Shown: positions 39,396-48,858 of the stretch, in pieces | How positions within the stretch are numbered: the first letter of the stretch is position 1 | Layout: each line of letters begins with the position of its first letter | DNA from: Patescibacteria group bacterium | Lineage (GTDB): Bacteria; Patescibacteriota; Patescibacteriia; Patescibacteriales; WJLG01 | DNA length: 64,000 nucleotides | NCBI GenBank assembly: GCA_028716485.1 | Contig: JAQUPS010000003.1 | Coordinates: 715-64,714 of the forward strand | Direction: 5' to 3' | The notes under the pieces: model-generated | Databases searched by the model: none | What the model saw: the letters and a program-made list of their open reading frames with translations, nothing else | Told to the model about the DNA's origin: nothing | Program-made: the position numbers and the translations under genes

Positions 39396-39755
39396 TCAAT
39401 GAGCTTGGAAAATTTTCTCATCGACTTCCTCGGCAGTGTCGGCGTAACTGATATCTATCATATTCATCCTGGCTCCGGCGCGAGAAAAAATCATTTTAAC
39501 GTCTTTAAGAAAATCTTCCCCATAGGCCGGCCGAAAAAAATAGACATAACCGTCCTTTTCTTCTTTTTTCCCGAGCAGAAGAAACAACGCTTCGTCAAGC
39601 TGAGCATATCCGCTCCTTTTTCTGATAACAGTTGTTACTTGCTGGGTGCTTCCGCCCGTGGTGTCGCAATAAAAGACAAAATCAAAACCCTTTTCCAAAG
39701 GACGGCAAACAAACTCTAAATAATTGGCGGTAATTATCAAATGAGCAGCTTTCAT
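39396..39755 (-). CDS. Hypothetical protein
   Basis: 119-aa ORF with no recognisable motif. Confidence 0.4.
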   Translation of the reverse strand: MKAAHLIITANYLEFVCRPLEKGFDFVFYCDTTGGSTQQVTTVIRKRSGYAQLDEALFLLLGKKEEKDGYVYFFRPAYGEDFLKDVKMIFSRAGARMNMIDISYADTAEEVDEKIFQAH

Positions 39756-39808
39756 TCTATCCTCCTGTTTTGGTGTTTATCCTTATATAGCATTAAATCA
39801 ATATTCCG

Positions 39809-40342
39809 TCAATCTTTCCGATAAATATAAATATCGCCCTCCTGCTTTACCGGTTGCCAAGCCGGGAAATAAAAATGATTGCAGACGACTATCGCGCCCG
39901 GATTAAGCTCGGCCAATAATTTCTTTTCCAGTCTTTCCATAATATAAAAAACACCGAACAAGACGACCACGTCATATTTAGAAAAATCTTCCTGCCAAAA
40001 ATTAGCGCGCTTAATAAAGGCCTTGCCGCGCAGTCCCGCTAATTTGATTTTCAGCCGCGAAAACCAAACCAAGAACGGATTGATTTCCAAGCCATAAGCG
40101 ATAAATCCGTTTTGCGCCAAAGCGATGACGATCCGCCCGTCGCCCGAACCCAAATCCGCCGCCGTTAAACCTTTCCGTCCGGCAACCGCCGCCAGAATAA
40201 AAGGCAGCATCTTATTTATTTTATAGCGCGAAGAAACGGCAAAGGGCGCGCCGGTGAACATCGGCGCGCCGAAAGTTACGATGAAAATTATCAGCGCCAG
40301 GGCGAGCAGGGATGAAAAGATAAGGTAGAGGAAAAAAAGCAT
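39809..40342 (-). CDS. Membrane-anchored class I SAM-dependent methyltransferase
   Basis: N-terminal TM, then motif I ADLGSGDGRIVIALAQNG. Confidence 0.7.
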   Translation of the reverse strand: MLFFLYLIFSSLLALALIIFIVTFGAPMFTGAPFAVSSRYKINKMLPFILAAVAGRKGLTAADLGSGDGRIVIALAQNGFIAYGLEINPFLVWFSRLKIKLAGLRGKAFIKRANFWQEDFSKYDVVVLFGVFYIMERLEKKLLAELNPGAIVVCNHFYFPAWQPVKQEGDIYIYRKD

Positions 40343-40357
40343 ATATTTCCAATCTAA

Positions 40358-40450
40358 ATCAAAAAAATGATTTTAAAATAAATCTCAAATCGCAATTTTA
40401 AAATTTAGATTTATGATTTATTTTAAAATTTAAAATTGAGATTTAAATCG
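40358..40450. repeat. Family C AT-rich inverted repeat, copy 4
   Basis: AAATAAATCTCAAATCGCAATTTTAAAATTTAGATTT...ATTTTAAAATTTAAAATTGAGATTTAAATC. Confidence 0.55.
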
Positions 40451-40454
40451 GTGA

Positions 40455-40484
40455 TTGACATCAACCGCCGCCCTGCGGTAATAT
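40455..40484 (+). promoter_or_regulatory. Sigma70-type promoter candidate
   Basis: TTGACA (40455..40460), 18-nt spacer, TAATAT (40479..40484), about 48 nt upstream of the ATG at 40532. Confidence 0.5.
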
Positions 40485-40531
40485 TTTATCAATAACGTTC
40501 TTTCCCAAAACCTTAATCGAAAAGGGGTTTT

Positions 40532-40888
40532 ATGCCGCGTTATAACGTTTTTCTTGCCAAACCCGCCGTTCCCGTCCATCTAACCAGCATCAGGCTCGAT
40601 TGCCAGCTGGAAAAAGACGACTTAATCTCCGGCCGATTATTACTGATCCGATCCGGCGACAATTATACGTTCTATTACAAAGTCGTCGATCTTCGCGGCG
40701 ATTCCGATGTCTTCATCGCTAAAACAAGGATGACGGTAGGCAAGAATTACCGGCGCAAGAAAAAAATCGCCGCCACCAATCCATTCTGTTCCTGCTGGGT
40801 ATTGCGACCCATGAAGAAATTCAATGACGAAACGAAAACTCGTCCGGCCATGCGGCGCCAGCCCTGCCATTATCCGGCCGCCCGCTGA
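40532..40888 (+). CDS. Hypothetical protein
   Basis: 118-aa ORF bracketed by a candidate promoter and a terminator. No recognisable motif. Confidence 0.4.
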   Translation: MPRYNVFLAKPAVPVHLTSIRLDCQLEKDDLISGRLLLIRSGDNYTFYYKVVDLRGDSDVFIAKTRMTVGKNYRRKKKIAATNPFCSCWVLRPMKKFNDETKTRPAMRRQPCHYPAAR

Positions 40889-40904
40889 ACATCATTACAG
40901 GCCC

Positions 40905-40938
40905 AAGCCTCGCTCTAAACCAGCGAGGCGCTTTTTTA
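40905..40938 (+). terminator. Rho-independent terminator
   Basis: GCCTCGCT-CTAAACC-AGCGAGGC followed by GCTTTTTT. Confidence 0.65.
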
Positions 40939-41019
40939 AAAGAAATTCAATTGAGGATAATTCCGCTCTTCAGTGAAAAGTTATAAAGTTAAAAGAAATT
41001 CACTATGCGACTTTCAACT

Positions 41020-43434
41020 TTATAACTTTTTTACTGTATATTTTTTTATCTCCAATAAGCCGATGAAGGCTGTCGCCGAGGCCGCGATAATAATCAGCAG
41101 CGGCGGATTGAGCGGTTCAAGATCAAGCAGACGGTCGAATATCGGCGTATAGACAGCTACCAGAAGAAAGGCGATGGCGGCAATCCCCCAAAGATTGATA
41201 ATCTTATTGCTGAAAACTCCCAGCGAAGCGAGCGTTTCATTTCTAGCCCGCGATACGAAAGCCAGGGCGATATGGCCGATAATCCAGGCGGAAAAAGCCA
41301 TGGTCTGCGCTTCCAAAACCGGAAAATGATTTTGCAGAGCGTAAAAATAAACGCCGATGACCGCGACGAAAAGAAAAACTCCTTTGACGAAAAGATCGAA
41401 AATTTCATCATTGCTGAACATATTTTTCTTCGGGTCGCGCGGCGGCCGGGTATAAATATTTTTTTCCGCCGGTTCGGAAACGAATCCGGACGAGGCGGCC
41501 AAATCCATAAATAATTCCAAAATAATAATTTGGATCGGCGCGAAGGGCAGCGGAATTCCCAGCACGGCCGGCAGCAGAAAAATCATAATCAAGGCGGCCT
41601 TCACTGATAAATAATACTTAATCCCTTTCTGCAGATTATCAAAGAATTTCCGGCCTTCAAAAATCCCCTGCGCGATGGTGACGTAATTATCATCGGCCAA
41701 AACTACTTCGGCCGCTTCCTTGGCCACATCAGTTCCCCTGATGCCCATGGCAATGCCGATGTCCGCGCCTTTCAGCGCCAGCGCGTCATTGATGCCGTCG
41801 CCGGTGACGGCCACCACTTCGCCGTTTTTCTGCAGCGCTTGCACCAGACGATATTTATGCTCTGGCGTGGCGCGAGCGAAGACGGAAACTGTTTTGACGG
41901 CGTTCTGCAATTTTTCATCTGACAAATCGTCCAATTCCTGTCCGGTCAAAACTTGATTGCCGTCAGAGCTTATGCCAACCTCCGCGGCGACAAAGGCGGC
42001 GGTCAGCGGATGATCGCCGGTCACCATGATCGTGCGGATGCCGGCGCGAGCGGCCTGAGCGATGGTTTTTTTAACTCCGGCTCGCGGCGGATCTTCAAAG
42101 CCTATTAAACCGATAAATTCCAGATTTTTTTCCCATTCCGGCCAATCAGCCTTATCAGCTGTTGCTAATTTTTTAACGGCAATGGCGATCACCCGCCGCC
42201 CTTTGCCTGTTTCGCGCCATAATTCATCGATAACCGCTTGCTCAACCTTGGCGCATGATGAAAAAATTTCTTCCGGCGCGCCAGTCATCAACAATTCAAA
42301 ACCGGCGGCTGTTTGGCGGACAATACTCCGCGTCTTGCGGCCATCGCCGAAACTGCGCTGTAATTTGATAGTTCCGGCAACGCTGACTTTTTCTTCTTTA
42401 GCGCGATTGATTATTTCCAAATCCAAAGCTGATAAGGCATAAGCCGGCAAAGCGGCATAAGCCTGCTTGATTATTTCGCCGGAACGGTCAGTCGGATAAA
42501 GCGAGACGATTTTCATCTTGCTTTCGGTAATCGTTCCGGTTTTATCGGTAACGATTACCGTGGCATTGCCCAAAGTTTCCGCCGCTTTTAATTTTTTCAC
42601 CAAAAAATTATGGCGCGACAGAGTGTAAGACCCAAGACCCAGAACCATCGTGATGACAATCGGCAATTCTTCGGGAATGACGGCGAAGGCCAAAGACAAA
42701 CCGACCAGAATCATCATTTTCAAATCCTGTCCGCGGGCCACGCCGATGACCGGAATCAAGATTGAAAAAAAGATGGCCACATATACTAATTTCCCCGCCA
42801 ATGACCGCATTGCCAGCTGCAAAGGCGTGCGCGGGGCTTTCACTTGCGTGGCCAGGCTGGCAATCTTGCCGATCTTGGTATTTTTTCCCGTGTTAAAAAC
42901 CTGCGCCAGACCTTCGCCGGACATAACAGTCGTGCCGGCATAAATTTCCTCGCCATTTTTTTTCTCAACCGAGAAAGATTCGCCGGTCAGAGCCGATTCA
43001 TCGATTTCCAAATCCGGCGTTTCCAAAATTTTCGCATCAGCCGCGATTTTCGTTCCGGTAACTAAAATCAGCAAATCGCCGGGAACGACAAACTCCGAAT
43101 CGATTTCGATAATAATGCCATCGCGCCGGACCTTGGTTTTGGGCGCGGCGATTTTCCCCAAAGCGGAAATAGCTTTTTTCGCCCGGAACTCATTATAAAC
43201 TTCCACGAAAACCAAGGCGAAGATTACCGTAAAAATCGTAATCGCGTCGCCCAATTTTCCCCAGACGCTGTAAACGATGCCGACGACCAGCAATAATAAA
43301 ATCATTGGTTCGGTCACTTCGTGCCGCGCAATGCCGAAAAAACTGATTTTTTCCGGCTGGTAAATTTGATTTGGTCCGGCTTCGGCCAATATTTTTTTCG
43401 CCTCGCTTGAGCTTAGCCCCGAATTACTGTTCAT
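41020..43434 (-). CDS. P2-type cation-transporting P-type ATPase (Ca2+/Mg2+-ATPase-like)
   Basis: DKTGTIT phosphorylation site, TGES, MVTGDHPLTA, TGDGINDA, and the TM4 motif IPEELP (PEGLP-like). Confidence 0.9.
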   Translation of the reverse strand: MNSNSGLSSSEAKKILAEAGPNQIYQPEKISFFGIARHEVTEPMILLLLVVGIVYSVWGKLGDAITIFTVIFALVFVEVYNEFRAKKAISALGKIAAPKTKVRRDGIIIEIDSEFVVPGDLLILVTGTKIAADAKILETPDLEIDESALTGESFSVEKKNGEEIYAGTTVMSGEGLAQVFNTGKNTKIGKIASLATQVKAPRTPLQLAMRSLAGKLVYVAIFFSILIPVIGVARGQDLKMMILVGLSLAFAVIPEELPIVITMVLGLGSYTLSRHNFLVKKLKAAETLGNATVIVTDKTGTITESKMKIVSLYPTDRSGEIIKQAYAALPAYALSALDLEIINRAKEEKVSVAGTIKLQRSFGDGRKTRSIVRQTAAGFELLMTGAPEEIFSSCAKVEQAVIDELWRETGKGRRVIAIAVKKLATADKADWPEWEKNLEFIGLIGFEDPPRAGVKKTIAQAARAGIRTIMVTGDHPLTAAFVAAEVGISSDGNQVLTGQELDDLSDEKLQNAVKTVSVFARATPEHKYRLVQALQKNGEVVAVTGDGINDALALKGADIGIAMGIRGTDVAKEAAEVVLADDNYVTIAQGIFEGRKFFDNLQKGIKYYLSVKAALIMIFLLPAVLGIPLPFAPIQIIILELFMDLAASSGFVSEPAEKNIYTRPPRDPKKNMFSNDEIFDLFVKGVFLFVAVIGVYFYALQNHFPVLEAQTMAFSAWIIGHIALAFVSRARNETLASLGVFSNKIINLWGIAAIAFLLVAVYTPIFDRLLDLEPLNPPLLIIIAASATAFIGLLEIKKYTVKKL

Positions 43435-43490
43435 ATATTTATTTTATTTAATAATCTTTTTAAAAAATTTACTTCTAAGAATTACAATAA

Positions 43491-43562
43491 AAATATCCAA
43501 TATCAAATAACCAATATTTAAATATTTTTTGGATATTTATTATTGGTTATTGGATATTTAAT
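43491..43562. repeat. AT-rich 'ATATCCAATATCAAATAACCAATA' word inverted repeat (family D), copy 1
   Basis: AAAATATCCAATATCAAATAACCAATATTTAAA...TTATTATTGGTTATTGGATATTTAAT. The right arm encodes the last residues (LNIQ*) of the deacetylase gene. Confidence 0.6.
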
Positions 43563-44473
43563 CGGCCGGTCGAGGTGGCTATCTTCAAACCTCGATTGCG
43601 CGCCTCCAGATCTTTCAAAAAGCCGATCACGTTCATTCCCGGCCAGACGCTGGCGCGATCAATCGCGAACATATCTTCCGAATCTTGCAGCGGATGGTGA
43701 TTGTAAGTAAAACCAAAGCTATAGCCGACCCTTTGGGCGATTCTCTCCACCGCCGCATTATAATCGCCATAGGGATAGCAAATCAGGGTGATATCTTCGC
43801 GCAATAATTTTTCCAAATAAGCCTTGCTGTCGCTTAGTTCCGCCGATTGCCGCTCCGGTGAAAGCTTGGCCAGCATCGGATGCGTGACCGAGTGCGAACC
43901 GATTTCCACCAAACCGCTTTGATCGATTTCCTTAATCTGCTCCGGTGTCAAATAAGCCGATCCCTTAACGCCAGTTATGATAAAAATCGTCGCTTTGGCC
44001 TGATATTTTTCCAGCAAGGGCAAAGCATGGGTATAAAAATCCCGATAGCCGTCATCAAAAGTCAAGACCACCCAATTATCCGGCGGCCGCGCGCCGCGCT
44101 TAAGATAGGCAGCCATTTCTCCGGCAAAAACCGTCTGATATTTATTCGCCCGCAAACTTTTCAAAATCTTTTCGAATTCCGCCGAACCGACATGCAGGCC
44201 GATGGCGACGCTGCTTGTTTCCGAAGTCGTCGCGATATAATGAAAAGTTAAAATCGGCGCGAAATAAAACAACGGTTTCCGCTCGATTGCCGCCGCCTGA
44301 ACTTTTTGCGCCTTGGTTGTTTCCGCAACGGTTAACCGATCTATCGTTTGCCTCGGCAAGATCGTCTCGGCCGGCGCGGACGGAGCCACAGCTGATTTGA
44401 TCAGAATAAAAAAAATTGCGGCGCCCGCCAGCGGAATACCCGCCGCGATAATCAGAATTTTTTTATTAGTCAT
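43547..44473 (-). CDS. Polysaccharide deacetylase (NodB homology domain), membrane-anchored
   Basis: N-terminal TM. VVLTFDDGYRDFY (TFDDG motif) and GSHSVTHP. Confidence 0.8.
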   Translation of the reverse strand: MTNKKILIIAAGIPLAGAAIFFILIKSAVAPSAPAETILPRQTIDRLTVAETTKAQKVQAAAIERKPLFYFAPILTFHYIATTSETSSVAIGLHVGSAEFEKILKSLRANKYQTVFAGEMAAYLKRGARPPDNWVVLTFDDGYRDFYTHALPLLEKYQAKATIFIITGVKGSAYLTPEQIKEIDQSGLVEIGSHSVTHPMLAKLSPERQSAELSDSKAYLEKLLREDITLICYPYGDYNAAVERIAQRVGYSFGFTYNHHPLQDSEDMFAIDRASVWPGMNVIGFLKDLEARNRGLKIATSTGRLNIQ

Positions 44474-44676
44474 GAAAATATATCTTTTCTTTAATTTTAC
44501 CGCTTTTTTATTATTTTATAAAGGCGTCAAAAAGCGCTTAAATAAGCAAAAAATTAATAATAATTTTTCAACCCGCGCAAAATCTGCTAATATTTAATTG
44601 TGTTCCTTTTTCAACCGCCTTTAATAAAGGTCGAAAGGAGGGTGATAATTTAAAAAATTAAAAAAACTATCCTACT

Positions 44677-44895
44677 ATGATGACGAAGTTAAATTTCTGG
44701 GATTGGTTAGCTTTTATTTTGGTGATTATCGGGGCCTTGAATTGGGGCCTGGTCGGTTTTTTGAATTGGGATTTAGTCGCGGCGATCTTCGGCGCGATGT
44801 CTACGATATCGCGCATCGTTTACGCCTTAGTCGGTTTGGCCGGCATCTATATGCTATTCGCCATGCCGATGTATATGAGGAAAGAAAAACAATAA
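44677..44895 (+). CDS. DUF378-family small membrane protein
   Basis: 72 aa. The LVIIGALNWGLVGF signature is as I recall for DUF378. Confidence 0.75.
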   Translation: MMTKLNFWDWLAFILVIIGALNWGLVGFLNWDLVAAIFGAMSTISRIVYALVGLAGIYMLFAMPMYMRKEKQ

Positions 44896-44905
44896 TCATT
44901 TCTTT

Positions 44906-44937
44906 AAAAAAGGCCGGAATTTTTCCGGCCTTTTTTA
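44906..44937. terminator. Bidirectional terminator
   Basis: AAAAAAGGCCGG-AATTTTT-CCGGCCTTTTTT, between convergent genes. Confidence 0.7.
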
Positions 44938-44960
44938 TATTTTTATTTGAGAGATTTTGA

Positions 44961-47222
44961 TTATCTGGTCGCGCCGGAATAAGCGATGGCGCGGACGATG
45001 TTCCAGGCCAAGGCGCTGACCGGGGAGTGTCCGTAATAATACCGGAAAGTTTGGATGGCGACTTTTTCGCTGGCCAAATTACGCAAGGACGGTATTAAAC
45101 CATAAGCCATAACCGTTACCGCGTTTTGATCAAAGCCATTGGTAACCGCCGAATTGCGACCATAAACTTTTTTAAACTGAGCTTTGGCAATATTTTCCGC
45201 AGCTTGATTTAATTCGCCCGGCCAGCGGCCATTGGCGATTTTTATCACGTCAGACCATTCCGCTTCGGAGTTGGGCAGCTTGCCGAAAGCCTGGAAATAA
45301 GAGTTAACGACTCCCGCCCGTTCGCCCGCGCCTAAACGCAGGGTAGTCGGCGTTCCATAAACTATAAAATCATTGATGGCTGTTTTTTCGGCAGCGGTAA
45401 TTTTGCTGTCTTGGCCCAAAACCGCCTTATATTTTATTAAGCTGGCCGCTTCAGCGGTGGGATTAGCCGCAACACTCAAATATGCTTGCAAGCTTCCGGC
45501 GTTATTAGCGCTGACAATTCCGGCTTCATTCGCGATATTATCCAAGACATTGCCGGTCGGGACAGTCGGAGTTGTAACGATTGGCGTGCTTGGAATAATC
45601 GGATTAGCGGCGCCGCAAACCTTTGTTCTGGCCGCCTGTTGCGCCGCGGTTAGCGAGCAATAATTCGGAGATTGGCTAAGGATATCACGAGACTGATAGC
45701 CGGCCGCGCACGTTTTCCAGTCGCCATATACAACGCTGGAGCAATACGAAACGCCACCAACGCTGCCGCTGCCCGAAGAAGTGATATTGGCGGTAGTCGT
45801 GGCAGTACTGTTAACGCTGTAATTTCCGGCATCGGTGCCGGCTAAACTTAAGCCGGTGGCGGTAACTTTTTTACTGTTAGCCACATTAGGATCGCTAAAG
45901 GTCGCTGTTCCGCCGGAATAGCTTACAACATCCGAACCAAGAACTCCGCTCAAAGAACGGCTGGCAATAGTCGCCGCCGTAGTGCCGTCATAGGTTTTGT
46001 TGCTGGCCGTAATGCTACCGACCAGAGTTACGGCAGTGATGGCGCCGGTGGAAATTGTGGCAAAAGTAATGGTGTAGTTGCCGGTCATATTAGCGGAAAG
46101 AGCGTCGGCAATCGTTCCGGCCGGGGTCAAAACATGGCTGGTGCCGACAGTTTTATCGTCATAAGTTTCCGTAAAAGTTCCGGTGTCGCCCGAAATCAAG
46201 CTGCCCGAGGTAACTGTCGGAACGCCGGCGGCAGTCGTTAAAGTATCATAGGCTTTAGTATTGGCCGCGGCGGTAACCGTAATTGATACTGGCGTAATAG
46301 TGGCCGTAGTGCTTGGCTGAGTAAGAGAATAGTTAGTGTTGGTGGCGGTACTGAAAGTAATTCCGGTAATACTCACTGTTTTGGCGGCACCGACGTTTTT
46401 ATTGGCAAAAGCGCCGATCATGCTGGTGGTGGCGAAGGTAATCGTATCGCCGGAAACTGCGCCGACGAGCGCGGTATTATGACCGCCCAAAGCGGCCGTT
46501 GAGGTGCCATTATAGGCTCGGTTAGCAACGGTAATACCGGTAATGGTTAATGGTTTCGCGGTAATATTGGCCGTAGGGATTGGCTGAGTAAGCGAGTAGT
46601 TGCTGGAGGTGGCCGTACCGTTGCCAAGAGTAAAAGGAGTGACGGTTACCGCTATACCGGTGTCAACGCCTCTGGTAGCAAAAGTTCCGGTGCTGGTAGT
46701 GGCCAAGGTTACACCGTCTCCATTTATAATGCCCACGAGAACCGCGCTTTTGGCATTGATTGTCGCCGTAAGCGTCTTGTCGTAGACTTTATTGCTGGCG
46801 GTAACTCCGCTGACAGTGAGCGGCGCCGCGCTGATCGTTAAAGATGTTGAGCTGGCGGTACCATGATAATGCCCATCGGCGGTGGAAGAAGCCGTAAAAC
46901 CCGTGGCGTAAGTACCGGCATCAATCGGGTATATATTTACATTATGCCAGGTGGCAAAACCGCTGCTATCGGTGGTGGTCGCTGCCGCAAGCGTCATACC
47001 GGCAAGTTTGAAGGTCACTGTTCTACCGACAATAGGAGTACTGCTGGCGCGCAGCATTGCTCTAACAGTCACTGTCCCGCCATAAGTTCCGGATACGGCG
47101 GTTAGGGTGAAAGAAGTGGTGCTGGCCGAAGCTAAGGCCTGATGAGGAAGCGCGATGCCGATGACCATGGCAATGGCCAAAAAGAAAAGCGCGGAAAAAA
47201 CTTTTTTAAAAATTGGTGCCAT
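44961..47222 (-). CDS. Secreted adhesin-like protein with four YDG/MBG-type repeats and a conserved C-terminal module
   Basis: Signal peptide. Repeats are anchored by NKVYDKT, NRAYNGT, TKAYDTL and NKTYDGT, each ending in ..NY(S/T)(L/I/V).. The C-terminal roughly 150 aa (GAGERAGVVNSY...NGRWP...WNIVRAIAYSGATR) are shared with 60401..61789. Confidence 0.7.
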   Translation of the reverse strand: MAPIFKKVFSALFFLAIAMVIGIALPHQALASASTTSFTLTAVSGTYGGTVTVRAMLRASSTPIVGRTVTFKLAGMTLAAATTTDSSGFATWHNVNIYPIDAGTYATGFTASSTADGHYHGTASSTSLTISAAPLTVSGVTASNKVYDKTLTATINAKSAVLVGIINGDGVTLATTSTGTFATRGVDTGIAVTVTPFTLGNGTATSSNYSLTQPIPTANITAKPLTITGITVANRAYNGTSTAALGGHNTALVGAVSGDTITFATTSMIGAFANKNVGAAKTVSITGITFSTATNTNYSLTQPSTTATITPVSITVTAAANTKAYDTLTTAAGVPTVTSGSLISGDTGTFTETYDDKTVGTSHVLTPAGTIADALSANMTGNYTITFATISTGAITAVTLVGSITASNKTYDGTTAATIASRSLSGVLGSDVVSYSGGTATFSDPNVANSKKVTATGLSLAGTDAGNYSVNSTATTTANITSSGSGSVGGVSYCSSVVYGDWKTCAAGYQSRDILSQSPNYCSLTAAQQAARTKVCGAANPIIPSTPIVTTPTVPTGNVLDNIANEAGIVSANNAGSLQAYLSVAANPTAEAASLIKYKAVLGQDSKITAAEKTAINDFIVYGTPTTLRLGAGERAGVVNSYFQAFGKLPNSEAEWSDVIKIANGRWPGELNQAAENIAKAQFKKVYGRNSAVTNGFDQNAVTVMAYGLIPSLRNLASEKVAIQTFRYYYGHSPVSALAWNIVRAIAYSGATR

Positions 47223-47535
47223 AAATTTTTTAGTTTTTAAATTTTATTTAAATTTTTTAATGATTTTACCGCTTCTAACGACCGCTTCACAAATCTAAAA
47301 TAATCAGTCTGTCAGATAGTTTATCCACAGACGTCTTTATTAATTAATTATAACATTTTTAAAACAAGTCGACAACTAAACCCGCGGCATGAAAACCGGC
47401 TTTTAAGTCCTTAAAAATCCTTATTTTATCGCGATTTTAAGCGAAAAATTTGATAATTTACGCTTTTCGCCCCTATTTTTCTTTTGCAAGGATAAAACCG
47501 AAACACCGAGCAACTCCCTCTTTTCCACAGCCTGC

Positions 47536-48489
47536 TTAATCAAAAAAATTATTTTTTCTGATTACATACAGCGGGCGATAAGCGACTTGGCCATGGATAT
47601 CGGCAATATACAGAGCTATCAAGCCCAGCGACATTAAAATTATGCCGACCAAAAAAATAATTAAAATGGCCAGTTGCGCCGGCCCGCTAAAGCTGGAAGC
47701 GTAATTTAAATGAAAAATATACTTACCGACCAGAATATAAAGTCCGAGAACGCCAGAGAAAAAAACAATCAGCATTCCCAAATATCCGGCCAACTTCAAA
47801 GGCAGCAGACTTAACGAAACAAAACTGGAAACCGCCAGCCGGAAAAGCTTCCAAAAACCATATTTAGCTTTCCCGTCCCGGCGAGGATTGGCGTTGAAAT
47901 AAATATAATCACGCTTGAATCCCAGCCAATCAATGAGGGCCCGGGTCATCCGGTTATTTTCGGTAAAACGGTTGAATTCATCAATCACCGCTCGGTCAAT
48001 CAGGCGGAAATCCGTGGCCTGCGGAATAATTTTAACTTCAGCGATGCGATTGATGATGTTATAGAAAAGCCCGGAGCCGATTTTTTTTACCAATCCCTCG
48101 CCTTGGTTGGTTTTGCGCACACCGACAACCACTTCGGCGCCGCTCTGCCATTTGGCGATAAATTCAGGGATTAATTCGACCGGATGCTGCAAATCCGCGT
48201 CAATCATTATCGCCGCATCGCCGCGCGCGTTATTCAATCCGGCGGTCGTGGCGATTTCCTTGCCAAAGTTGCGGGAAAATTCCAGATATTTTATCCTGTC
48301 ATCGGCGCGAGCCAATTGTTCGATAAGCGCCGCGCTTTGGTCGGCCGAGCCGTCATTGACAAAAATCATTTCGTAATCGAAACCGGCCGAATTAGCCAAA
48401 ATTACGGTTAAAGCCTGATAAAAATTATTAATATTTTTTTCCTCGTTATAGATCGGGACGATCAAGGAAATAGTCCTTTTTCCATTCAT
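47536..48489 (-). CDS. Family 2 glycosyltransferase, polyprenol-phosphate sugar synthase type (DPM1/GtrB-like) with C-terminal TMs
   Basis: ISLIVPIYNEEKNI, VNDGSAD, DADLQHP, and two C-terminal TMs. Confidence 0.85.
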   Translation of the reverse strand: MNGKRTISLIVPIYNEEKNINNFYQALTVILANSAGFDYEMIFVNDGSADQSAALIEQLARADDRIKYLEFSRNFGKEIATTAGLNNARGDAAIMIDADLQHPVELIPEFIAKWQSGAEVVVGVRKTNQGEGLVKKIGSGLFYNIINRIAEVKIIPQATDFRLIDRAVIDEFNRFTENNRMTRALIDWLGFKRDYIYFNANPRRDGKAKYGFWKLFRLAVSSFVSLSLLPLKLAGYLGMLIVFFSGVLGLYILVGKYIFHLNYASSFSGPAQLAILIIFLVGIILMSLGLIALYIADIHGQVAYRPLYVIRKNNFFD

Positions 48490-48608
48490 AAATCTTAGAA
48501 AACGTTAACCTGTGTTTGCTATTTAGTATACTATCTACAAGCCATTTGCGCAAAAGATAACGAAAAAAATAGCCGATTTTCAACCAAATATTCCTGCGTT
48601 TATGCGGC

Positions 48609-48793
48609 TTATTTCGTATCGGCCGCGAAATTTTCTTCCAGCTTCTTGATTTTCGGGGCGATGACGGCTTGCGAATAACCCTCGTCCGGATGGAGAGCGA
48701 AATAATCGCGATGATAATATCTTCGGCCGGATAAAAATTAGAGAACGGCTCGATGGCGGTGACGATCGGCTTCTTGCAAATTTTGTTCTGGCA
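48609..48793 (-). pseudogene. msrA: Methionine-S-sulfoxide reductase (MsrA) remnant: C-terminal ~55 codons only, with a frameshift
   Basis: One frame reads [19 protein letters not shown]. The continuation [35 protein letters not shown] lies in another frame (junction GAAGAT-AT-TATCAT). The pattern PIVT.I.P...FY.AE.YH..Y is MsrA-like. No N-terminal catalytic part is present. Confidence 0.65.
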
Positions 48794-48858
48794 TAAATTT
48801 AAATTGACTAAAATCTGGCAAAAAGGTATCTTGAAAATGGATTAAATTATTTATCTCT

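Noticed and set aside
44634-44645. The strong SD-like AAAGGAGGGTGA upstream of the DUF378 gene, partly able to pair with the upstream CCGCCTTT, as a possible riboregulator.
   Set aside because: It lies 34 nt from the ATG at 44677, and the only start after it (GTG ATA ATT TAA) is a 3-codon frame. The evidence for a regulatory element is insufficient.
44961-45420. The two homologous C-terminal modules as a DGR template/variable repeat pair.
   Set aside because: The DNA differences are spread over all four bases rather than being adenine-specific. No reverse transcriptase gene is in the window, and the copies are 15 kb apart inside different genes.
47321-47529. A perfect DnaA box TTATCCACA (47321..47329) and a near-perfect one TTTTCCACA (47521..47529) in a 313-nt AT-rich spacer, as a possible oriC.
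   Set aside because: There are only two boxes and no dnaA/dnaN nearby. A perfect 9-mer is expected by chance about once per two such windows (roughly 128 kb of both strands against 262,144 possible 9-mers). There is no obvious DUE repeat.
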